Shown one piece after another: positions 47,341 through 55,294 of a stretch of DNA of 55,960 bases. The position numbers were made by a program, and so were the translations under genes. Under the pieces are notes generated by a model. It worked only from the letters and a program-made list of their open reading frames with translations. It did not search any database and was not told the DNA's origin. This DNA comes from Bacteroidales bacterium. GTDB lineage: Bacteria; Bacteroidota; Bacteroidia; Bacteroidales; VadinHA17. The stretch is from the NCBI GenBank assembly GCA_038247205.1, contig JBBRVC010000003.1:1-55960 (forward strand), read 5' to 3'. The first letter of the stretch is position 1. Every line of letters begins with the position of its first letter.

Positions 47341-48510
47341 ATGAAAGCAAATTTTACATTAGGATTTTTAGCACTGGTTCTACTTACGAGTTTCCCTCTG
47401 AATGCACAGATATCCGGTACTGTAGTTGTAAGTAATTATTACGATGATTATGACTATTACTACTCATCACGGATAAACAGGTTCCATCGATCATATAGTT
47501 CCTTTGACTATTATGCACCGGTTTTTACCGATACATACTGGTACAATTATCAACCATATTCATGGGGGATTAGCATATATGGGGGGAGCGGATACGGTTA
47601 TGGATATTCAGGCTATGATCCATACTTTGGAAGTTCATACTGGGGCTATGATCCTTTCTACTACAGCTGGTATACACCTGTAGTGATAAATATCGGAATA
47701 GGAAGCAGCTGGCGCAATCATTACTACGGTCACAATTACAGGTACAATGACTACAGACCTGTTTACAATACTTACAATAACTACTATAATAGCGGTTCTG
47801 ATTCAAGAAGATATTCTTCAACCGGAAGCGCAAGGTATTCATCCACAAGGTATTCCACCAGTACAAACACTTCTTCAAGGAGGTTATCTTCGGGAACTTC
47901 CGGATCACGTGATCAGGAATCTGTAAATTCAGGAAGAAATGTGAATGCTGGTACCGACGCCAGGAGAAGTGCCAATGACAAATCGAATAACGGGCTTCAT
48001 AATGGTGAAGTAAGAAGAAATCAAAATCCGACAGTAAACAGGGGACAGGGAAGTTCCAATACAAATCTAAACAGGAACGGTATCTCTGATCCTGATAAGA
48101 TTAACGGGAATAGCGGTAATAACGGTAATAACGGGAACAGCGGGAACAACGGGAACAGTTTAAATAATGGAAGAACAAACAGTGGTAACAACTCAAATAA
48201 TCCAGGCAGAAATACTAACGTAACTTCCGGCAGCAGAAATGTAAACCAGGGAAACAGCGGAAACGGGAAAGGTATATCTTCAACTCCTCCTTCATCCCGA
48301 ATTCAGGGCGAGGCCCCCCAGAGAAATCAGACTGTTACCAGGAGTGCGAATAACAGCAGAAGCCAGAACAGTGGTACTGTTAACAGATCGACATCAACTT
48401 CAAGGGGTACTACAACTTCTCCTTCAAGAAACACTTCTTCAAAATCTGAATCCGGATCTTCAAGTTCAAAATCAAGTTCCTCATCAAAAGAAAGTTCGAG
48501 AAGGAGATGA
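47341..48510 (+). CDS. Exported Tyr-rich, Ser/Asn/Gly/Arg low-complexity protein (signal peptidase I type)
   Basis: MKANFTLGFLALVLLTSFPLNA-Q; DYDYYYSSRINRFH; Tyr-rich middle; long S/N/G/R tail ending SSRRR. Confidence 0.85.
   Translation: MKANFTLGFLALVLLTSFPLNAQISGTVVVSNYYDDYDYYYSSRINRFHRSYSSFDYYAPVFTDTYWYNYQPYSWGISIYGGSGYGYGYSGYDPYFGSSYWGYDPFYYSWYTPVVINIGIGSSWRNHYYGHNYRYNDYRPVYNTYNNYYNSGSDSRRYSSTGSARYSSTRYSTSTNTSSRRLSSGTSGSRDQESVNSGRNVNAGTDARRSANDKSNNGLHNGEVRRNQNPTVNRGQGSSNTNLNRNGISDPDKINGNSGNNGNNGNSGNNGNSLNNGRTNSGNNSNNPGRNTNVTSGSRNVNQGNSGNGKGISSTPPSSRIQGEAPQRNQTVTRSANNSRSQNSGTVNRSTSTSRGTTTSPSRNTSSKSESGSSSSKSSSSSKESSRRR
48103..48156 (+). repeat. Imperfect 9-bp in-frame tandem repeat (6 units) encoding NGN/SGN
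   Basis: AACGGGAAT AGCGGTAAT AACGGTAAT AACGGGAAC AGCGGGAAC AACGGGAAC. Confidence 0.8.
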
Positions 48511-48604
48511 TAAATGTTACTGGAAATGATTTCTTTAAGGCAAGTGTTTTTAAAAATTTGTTAAATTTGTTAAATCAAAAAAGGAATATTTTTTAAATTG
48601 ATTT

Positions 48605-48620
48605 TTGGTACAATATTTGA
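48605..48620 (+). promoter_or_regulatory. Putative sigma-54-like element TTGGTACAATATTTGA
   Basis: GG-N10-GA, 32 nt upstream of ATG 48653. Confidence 0.5.
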
Positions 48621-48652
48621 TTGTAATAAGAAAAAAGAAAGGGAGAAGCGAA

Positions 48653-50101
48653 ATGAAAGCATTACATTACATATCAGCCATTACAGTTATAACTTTAGGG
48701 TCTTGTAATTCAGCACTTTACACAGGTGCCGAATACGACGATCTATACTATACGCCTTCCGACAGAATAGTTACTGAAAGCAGATCTTCAGGAAATTACC
48801 CTGCAAATGAAGAAACTCTGAGATCTGATCAGTACTACGATAATATTTATGCATCAGATACACTGGTCTCAGAAGAGTATTCTAATGCTGTCGATTATGA
48901 TAATGTTGTTGCATATGATAACTATAACAACGATTCATACGATTATCTCGACAGTTATTCATATTCAGGAAGATTAAGAAGATTTCACGGTAACTATTTC
49001 GATCCTTACTGGAGAGATCCATTCTATTACGGTTATTCTCCTTTTAGTTATAGTTTCGGATTTGGATACCCTTCATATGGCCTTTACAACCGTTATTACG
49101 ATCCATTCTACAGTGATTTTTACGGGTACGGGGGATATTACGGAAGTCTCTATAGTCCTTTCTATTCCGGATACGGTGGATACGGTGGATACGGTGGATA
49201 CGGTGGATACGGTGGATATGGATCATACTACTCTCCGTTCTACTCTCCTTACAGGTACTATTCAGGAACTAATGATAATCTGAATTCAACCTACGGAAGA
49301 CGTGACAGACAAAGCAGTTCATCATCCAGATGGAATTCCATGGCTACTTCAGGAGGATCATCAAGAAGAGATTCATATATATCATCAGGGAGCAGTTCAA
49401 CCCAGAACAGAAGAAGCTCTGCAGTTTCTGATCCTTCTTCTACCTCTGTCGATTCCAGAAGATCCGCTGGCGGAACAATGAATTCACAGAATAAATCTAC
49501 TTCAGTAAATCGTACTGCAGCACAGGGAAATAATGTTAAATCAGGAAGCTCCAACAATTCTGCAACACAAAGGAGTGCAAGCTCACGTCAGGAATATAAT
49601 TCAGCTAACAGGTCATATACTCCTTCCTACAATAATCCAAGAATGAGTACCAGGCCTTCATATAATAATAGCAGGGTACCATCTGAAACAAACTCAGGCG
49701 GCTATCAGAACTCAAGGTATGTAAACACCAACAGAGCCAACAGCAGTATTAACCGACAGCCTTCTTCTGTTAACCCGAATTCATCCCGGAGCGGTACAGG
49801 AAGCAACGTAAGAACTACCACTCCTTCGAGCAGGTACGTCCCTTCAAGTAGCGGACAAAGCTACTCTGTACCTTCACGCAGCAGATCAGAAAGCAGTTCT
49901 TCATCGGGCAGCTATAACAGATCTTCATCATCAGGCAGCAGCTATAGCAGTCCTTCACGATCAAGCAGCGGAGGTTCATATTCAGGTGGAGGATCCTATT
50001 CCGGAGGTAGTTCATCAAGATCTTCATCTGGTGGTTCATCATCGTCAGGTGGTTCATCATCAGGTAGTTCATCATCAAGCGGTTCCGGAACCAGAAGATA
50101 A
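48653..50101 (+). CDS. Tyr/Gly-rich, Ser/Arg low-complexity lipoprotein
   Basis: From ATG 48653: MKALHYISAITVITLGS-C lipobox; EYDDLYY; DSYSYSGRLRRFH; (GYG)6; Ser/Gly tail ending GTRR. Confidence 0.85.
   Translation: MKALHYISAITVITLGSCNSALYTGAEYDDLYYTPSDRIVTESRSSGNYPANEETLRSDQYYDNIYASDTLVSEEYSNAVDYDNVVAYDNYNNDSYDYLDSYSYSGRLRRFHGNYFDPYWRDPFYYGYSPFSYSFGFGYPSYGLYNRYYDPFYSDFYGYGGYYGSLYSPFYSGYGGYGGYGGYGGYGGYGSYYSPFYSPYRYYSGTNDNLNSTYGRRDRQSSSSSRWNSMATSGGSSRRDSYISSGSSSTQNRRSSAVSDPSSTSVDSRRSAGGTMNSQNKSTSVNRTAAQGNNVKSGSSNNSATQRSASSRQEYNSANRSYTPSYNNPRMSTRPSYNNSRVPSETNSGGYQNSRYVNTNRANSSINRQPSSVNPNSSRSGTGSNVRTTTPSSRYVPSSSGQSYSVPSRSRSESSSSSGSYNRSSSSGSSYSSPSRSSSGGSYSGGGSYSGGSSSRSSSGGSSSSGGSSSGSSSSSGSGTRR
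49169..49218 (+). repeat. Perfect 9-bp tandem repeat (GGATACGGT)x5 plus partial copy, encoding GYG
   Basis: Five identical units at 49169-49213, then GGATA. Confidence 0.95.
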
Positions 50102-50184
50102 ACTGTCTTGAATAATGTTGACATCAAAGTAATTCATTACTAACGGAATGAGGTAGTGCTTCTTTACGCAAAAAAATAAAAAAA

Positions 50185-51672
50185 ATGAAAAAATTAAATC
50201 TGATAATATTGGTTCTTGCTTTCGTTGCTTCCCTGGGTTACTCACAGAATGTTGACGATGCACTGAGATACTCCCGTACCTTTTACGGTGGTTCGGCCAG
50301 ATTCATGTCGATGGGAGGTGCATTCACAGCTCTGGGAGGTGATTTGTCATCCCTTGGTCAGAACCCTGCTGGATTGGGCGTCTTCAGATCATCTGAAATT
50401 TCTTTATCCCCTCAGCTATTTCATGTTAAAACAATTTCTTCCTTTAATGGTAATTCAGATGATTTCCTTTATAACTTTAATTTGAACCAGGCAGGTTTTG
50501 TAGGAAATATAATTAAGAATGATAATGAATCAGGTCTGATAACCCTGAACTTTGGATACTCATTCAACAGAACATTCAACCACAACCAGACTATTACAAT
50601 AAGGGGTATAAGCAACAATAGTTCACTGGCCGATTTCTGGGCAAATCAGGCAGGAGGTTTATATAAAGATGAACTTGAGGATAACGCAGCAGAAGCTTTC
50701 CTGGCATATAATACCTGGATTATTGATACCTTATCAGGTTATGATAATAGTTACGGAACAGTTTTTTCTAATTATGGTGATAATCTGCCATCTGTTTACG
50801 GACAAAATTTAAGAAGACTTATAACTTACGAAGGAAGTACTAAAGATCATTCATTATCTATCGGGGGTAACTACTCAAACAAGTTGTTTTTCGGAGCTAC
50901 TCTTGGCATCAGCCGGATAAATTTTTCAGAGCACTATGAGCATCTCGAAACATCAAATGTTTCCCTGCCATCAGGTTTTGAAAATTTTAATTACACCCTC
51001 CATTACGAGAATTCAGGAACAGGTTATTCTTTAAAGCTGGGAACAATAATAAAGCCGGTTGAGGCTTTGCGTATCGGACTTGCTTTCCATTCCCCTACAT
51101 TCTACAGAATGAGTGCCAATCTGTACGATAATATTACAACCAAGTTTACCAATGAATCTCCTTATGAAGATTCAAACAATCCAATGAGATACGACTACGC
51201 TCTGTCAACACCTTTCAGGGCGCTTGCTGGCGCAGGCTGGCAAATTAAAAAAATTGGTCTGCTAAGTATTGATTATGAATATGTTAACTATGCCACTGCA
51301 AAATTTTCGGAGACTGGCGATAACTTCGACTATAGCGAAAAGAACAGCGCAATTAAGAATACCCTGACAGCCGCACATAATATAAGGGTAGGCGGGGAGG
51401 TGCGCCTCAGTAAATTATACTTAAGAGGAGGTTACGGATATTATGGGGAAGCATATAAACCTGGCGACCTGAATGAAAAACAAAATATGAGATCTGTTTC
51501 TTTTGGTGCCGGATTCCGCGAGCAGAACGTTTATCTTGATCTCGGCTTTACAAACCTCAGCAATTCTAATAAATATCTATTGTACGGCAGCAGTGCAGGG
51601 AGCCCTGTTTCATCCATGAGCATAAACAAGAATATTTATACTGTTACTTTAGGTTATAAATTCGGATATTAG
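50185..51672 (+). CDS. OmpP1/FadL-family outer membrane beta-barrel
   Basis: Signal peptide; GSARFMSMGGAFTALGGDLSSLGQNPAGLG hatch motif; RIGLAFHSPT; C-terminal TLGYKFGY. Confidence 0.88.
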   Translation: MKKLNLIILVLAFVASLGYSQNVDDALRYSRTFYGGSARFMSMGGAFTALGGDLSSLGQNPAGLGVFRSSEISLSPQLFHVKTISSFNGNSDDFLYNFNLNQAGFVGNIIKNDNESGLITLNFGYSFNRTFNHNQTITIRGISNNSSLADFWANQAGGLYKDELEDNAAEAFLAYNTWIIDTLSGYDNSYGTVFSNYGDNLPSVYGQNLRRLITYEGSTKDHSLSIGGNYSNKLFFGATLGISRINFSEHYEHLETSNVSLPSGFENFNYTLHYENSGTGYSLKLGTIIKPVEALRIGLAFHSPTFYRMSANLYDNITTKFTNESPYEDSNNPMRYDYALSTPFRALAGAGWQIKKIGLLSIDYEYVNYATAKFSETGDNFDYSEKNSAIKNTLTAAHNIRVGGEVRLSKLYLRGGYGYYGEAYKPGDLNEKQNMRSVSFGAGFREQNVYLDLGFTNLSNSNKYLLYGSSAGSPVSSMSINKNIYTVTLGYKFGY

Positions 51673-51689
51673 ATAATCAGAACTTCCTT

Positions 51690-51726
51690 AAAAAGGGCTG
51701 CCGGAATTCCTCCGGCAGCCCTTTTT
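51690..51726. terminator. Bidirectional intrinsic terminator between the FadL-like gene and wbqC
   Basis: AAAAAGGGCTGCCGGA-ATTCC-TCCGGCAGCCCTTTTT perfect stem between convergent genes. Confidence 0.9.
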
Positions 51727-51729
51727 GCA

Positions 51730-52335
51730 TTATAAATATACCTTCGAGTCAGGCCCTTTATTAAATATGAGATCAATTACACTAAGCCCTGAAACAAAAC
51801 CATTTTCCTGCAAAAACACCTGGAGATACTCTTTTAGTTCGGATTTTCCGGATAAAGAAGGTCTGATTGAATATCTGTAATCGTCTGTTTTGTCCGGGGC
51901 AGAAGAATAACTTTCTGTTAACCCGATTTTTGTATTTAGCCTGATTAATTTAGAGACTATGAGCAGCAGATCCATGTTAAGGTCAAAAAGGAATTCATAA
52001 TTTCTGTTGATGGATCTTTCGAATTCATCAAAATAGTACTGAAAATAGGGAGATGAACCATATGATGACCTGATAGCTCCGGTATGAACCTGTTGCCATC
52101 TTTTTGAGTAATCAATTCTGATATCTTTAATAAGTGTCTTATTTACACTTCTATTTAAAACAGGCACTGTCAAAAGCTGAGGTCCTGATGCCGAAAGTAT
52201 GTAACAACGGTTACGATAGGTTTGCTTAAGATAGCTTTCCTGCGTCTCAACTAATACTTCTTCTGCTCCGCTAATTATGGAAATATAATCAATGGGGGGT
52301 AAGTAGGCCGTTGAAATAAGAATTTTCCGTGCCAT
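51730..52335 (-). CDS. WbqC family protein
   Basis: TAYLPP, KQTYRNRC.I, LTVPV, WQQVH, YGSSPYF, LSVIDLIFNKGP. Confidence 0.88.
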   Translation of the reverse strand: MARKILISTAYLPPIDYISIISGAEEVLVETQESYLKQTYRNRCYILSASGPQLLTVPVLNRSVNKTLIKDIRIDYSKRWQQVHTGAIRSSYGSSPYFQYYFDEFERSINRNYEFLFDLNMDLLLIVSKLIRLNTKIGLTESYSSAPDKTDDYRYSIRPSLSGKSELKEYLQVFLQENGFVSGLSVIDLIFNKGPDSKVYL

Positions 52336-52345
52336 CTGAAGAGCA

Positions 52346-53095
52346 TCACTCCATTTTATTGATCATACTTGCAGAAAATCCGGCTCCGAATCCATTATCT
52401 ATATTGACAACGGTGACACCTGTGGAACAGCTTGTTAACATTGCCAGAAGAGCTGAAATACCTCCAAAGCTGGCTCCATAGCCGACGCTCGTCGGAACGG
52501 CAATTACCGGCTTATCGACCAATCCGCCAACCACACTGGCCAGTGCACCTTCCATTCCTGCGATAACGATAATTACTCTGCAACTTCTGATCTCCGGAAG
52601 CTTATCAACAAGACGGTGTATACCTGCAACTCCTGCATCGTAAATTCTTACGACTTTGTTTCCAAGCAGTTCGGCAGTTAATGCAGCTTCTTCTGCAACC
52701 GGCATATCTGAGGTTCCTGCGGTTATTACGGCAATGCTTGTTTTTGAAATTTCCTGTTTCTTTTTCTGAACAGAGATTATTCTCGCCATCGGATAATAGA
52801 CCGCATGAGGTACAATACTTTTCACTGCTTCATACATTTCAAGGCTTGCTCTTGTACCAATAACATTATTCTCCCTTTCAGCCATTACCCTTACTATCTC
52901 TTTAACCTGTTCAACTGATTTACCTGCACAGTAAATTATCTCAGGGTATCCGGTTCGCATTTCGCGATGATGATCTATCCTGGCAAAGCCAAGATCAGAA
53001 TAAGGAAAATTCTTTAATACATCAAGAGCAGACTCAACGGTTGTGTCACCGTTTTTAACTTCATTCAGCAGTTTTTCTACTTCTTTTACATTCAT
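52346..53095 (-). CDS. larB: Nickel-pincer cofactor biosynthesis protein LarB (NaAD carboxylase/hydrolase)
   Basis: ARIDHHR..RTGYPE, AGTSDMPVAEEA, DAGVAGIHRL, AGMEGALASVVGGL, AVPTSVGYG, VVNIDNGFGA. Confidence 0.95.
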   Translation of the reverse strand: MNVKEVEKLLNEVKNGDTTVESALDVLKNFPYSDLGFARIDHHREMRTGYPEIIYCAGKSVEQVKEIVRVMAERENNVIGTRASLEMYEAVKSIVPHAVYYPMARIISVQKKKQEISKTSIAVITAGTSDMPVAEEAALTAELLGNKVVRIYDAGVAGIHRLVDKLPEIRSCRVIIVIAGMEGALASVVGGLVDKPVIAVPTSVGYGASFGGISALLAMLTSCSTGVTVVNIDNGFGAGFSASMINKME

Positions 53096-53895
53096 ACTAT
53101 ATTCTTTACAGGATTAGAGCTTCCGGTTCTGTAACCTTCAAGATCCAAAGATACATATCTGAATCCTATTTTTTTTAAACCGGCAATAATATGTTCTCTT
53201 TCATGGTGTTGAACCATTTTTTCTATAAAACCGGGAATACATTCAATCCTTGCCAAATCCCCATGATGTCTGACCCTGGTTCCGGGATAACCTTTTTCAA
53301 GCAGTAGAAGCTCGGCTGCTTCAATCATTCTCAGCATACTTTCGTTAACCTCTGTGTCATAAGGGATCCTTGTAAGCAAACAGGCCATTGCCGGTTTGTC
53401 CCAAATTGACAGCCCGCTGATTTTTGAAAGGTCCCTTATATCTTGCTTGGTCAGTCCTGCTTCCAGAAGCGGGCTTTTTACACCCATCTCTTTTAAAGCC
53501 TTCATTCCAGGTCTGAAGTCTTTTGTATCATCAGCATTTGTACCATCGATTACATGCTTATAATTATTATCCAAGGCAAATTTCATAATATCTGTAAATA
53601 GCCTGGTCTTGCACAGATAACATCTTTCAAGCGGGTTATTTCTGATTATTTCAGGAAACGCAATATCAATAATTTTATGTTTTATCCCGTGAGTGCCTGT
53701 AAATTCTACTGCTTCATTTATTTCCTGAGAGGGTATGTATGGAGTTCTGATTGTAACCGCAATAATTTCCGAATTATTTAAAGAATGAGCTCTGTGAAGC
53801 AAAAAAGAACTGTCAACCCCTCCGGAAAAAGCGATCACGATTGATCCAAGATCCTTAAGAATTGAGTTGAGTTTTTGTGATTTTATATCTGTCAT
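53092..53895 (-). CDS. larE: ATP-dependent sulfur insertase LarE
   Basis: PP-loop AFSGGVDS, RCYLCK, DGTNADD..DFRPG, WDKPAMACLLTRIPY, RVRHHG, YVSLDLEGYRTGS; ATGA overlap with larB. Confidence 0.95.
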   Translation of the reverse strand: MTDIKSQKLNSILKDLGSIVIAFSGGVDSSFLLHRAHSLNNSEIIAVTIRTPYIPSQEINEAVEFTGTHGIKHKIIDIAFPEIIRNNPLERCYLCKTRLFTDIMKFALDNNYKHVIDGTNADDTKDFRPGMKALKEMGVKSPLLEAGLTKQDIRDLSKISGLSIWDKPAMACLLTRIPYDTEVNESMLRMIEAAELLLLEKGYPGTRVRHHGDLARIECIPGFIEKMVQHHEREHIIAGLKKIGFRYVSLDLEGYRTGSSNPVKNIV

Positions 53896-53936
53896 AAAAA
53901 ATAGTCTTTTAACTTTTAACTTCTTAACATGTCCAT

Positions 53937-55112
53937 TTACTTCTCTTTATTAACAAGCAAAGCCATAAGGTTATTGTATACTTCTTTTATTGGTGTACCT
54001 GTTTCCCCTGCAATCCGTTTGCAATCATCATATTCGGGTTTGGATGAAACCTCTTTGTCCTTATAAAACGAGCGTTTGATTGTCACCTCACCATACATTG
54101 ACTGGATTGATTCAAATTTCCTCACAAGTGTATCTTTTTTGAATGGGAACGTTCTGATCCCCAGAGAAGTAGATTCAGTAAAAATGATTGCTTTAATCTT
54201 ATCGGCTACTCCCGGGCCGCAAATAACATTCAGGACTATTCCCGGCCGGCCTTTTTTCATTATAATATTAGTAAAATATACATCTGAAGCACCGGCCTCG
54301 AATAATTTTCCTGAAATAAAGTCAAAGAATTCAGGATTCATGTCATCAATATTGCATTCGAGAAGGATTGCATCATGACCTGTGGTTTCATCTGAAGATT
54401 CTCCCATGAAAACCCTTAACAGGTTTGGTATGTCCGGATGTTCCTTATGACCGACACCATATGCAGTTTTCTCTATTGCAATTGTCTTTTTTGAGTTGAA
54501 ATCAGTACCCAGAGCAGCGATAATTGCAGCTCCTGTAGGAGTAGTGGCTTCAAAATCTACGCCTCCCTTTTTGGAAGGGATATCTTTCATTATTTCAGCT
54601 GTGGCAGGTGCCGGTACAGGAAGCTTTCCGTGATCGCATCTAACAAAACCGCTTCCAAGTTCAACCGGAGAAACATATACAGCTTCAACTTTCAATACAT
54701 TAAAGCATATTGCAGCTCCAACTATATCGATAATAGAGTCTACAGCACCCACCTCATGAAAATGAACCCTGTCAATTGAAATGCCATGAACCTTTGCTTC
54801 GGCCACAGCTACTTTCATGAATATCTTCAGACTTAACTGCTTGGTTTCTGTATCCAGATCGGAATTGTTTATTATCTTCTCTATATCTGAAAGATGACGA
54901 TGTACATGTTCATGTCTCGTCTGTTTTACCGTTACCTTGGTGCCACTAATACCATGCCTCTGATCTTTCTCAACTATGAGCTCCCAGCCTTTTAGATTGA
55001 GTTTATTAAGTTCATTTATCAGATAAGTTCTGTCAACACCAAGATCGATCATGGCTCCAAGATTCATATCTCCGCTAATACCTGAGAAGCAATCGTAATA
55101 AAGGACTTTCAT
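53937..55112 (-). CDS. larC: Nickel insertase (cyclometallase) LarC, single ORF
   Basis: DCFSGISGDM, HFHEVGAVDSIIDIVG, HGKLPVPAPAT, TPTGAA, ECNIDDM, MKKGRPG, KPEYDD. Confidence 0.95.
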   Translation of the reverse strand: MKVLYYDCFSGISGDMNLGAMIDLGVDRTYLINELNKLNLKGWELIVEKDQRHGISGTKVTVKQTRHEHVHRHLSDIEKIINNSDLDTETKQLSLKIFMKVAVAEAKVHGISIDRVHFHEVGAVDSIIDIVGAAICFNVLKVEAVYVSPVELGSGFVRCDHGKLPVPAPATAEIMKDIPSKKGGVDFEATTPTGAAIIAALGTDFNSKKTIAIEKTAYGVGHKEHPDIPNLLRVFMGESSDETTGHDAILLECNIDDMNPEFFDFISGKLFEAGASDVYFTNIIMKKGRPGIVLNVICGPGVADKIKAIIFTESTSLGIRTFPFKKDTLVRKFESIQSMYGEVTIKRSFYKDKEVSSKPEYDDCKRIAGETGTPIKEVYNNLMALLVNKEK

Positions 55113-55294
55113 ATTTGTAGAAAATGAGATTAATTATAAATCAAATTCATAAAAAATTTACTATAAAAAACAGTCACTATTTCAACCAAAAATATGGCCG
55201 CTAATATACTACATACAATCTTCATACAATAATAAAAAAAAGTCGTAATTTGCGACACTGATTCAAAAATGGATTACAAAAACGGGCATAATTC

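Noticed and set aside
48554-48575. AAATTTGTT direct repeat upstream of the lipoprotein gene
   Set aside because: Only two low-complexity AT-rich copies; it contains a TAAATTTG -7-like box but cannot be supported as a separate element.
49044-49283. ORFs with (IHR)n and (DTV)n repeats; possible CRISPR-like array
   Set aside because: They are other-frame readings of the GGATACGGT repeat; the units are 9 bp, contiguous and spacer-free, and no cas genes are present.
53937-55112. Programmed frameshift in larC
   Set aside because: N- and C-terminal LarC motifs are in one uninterrupted frame.
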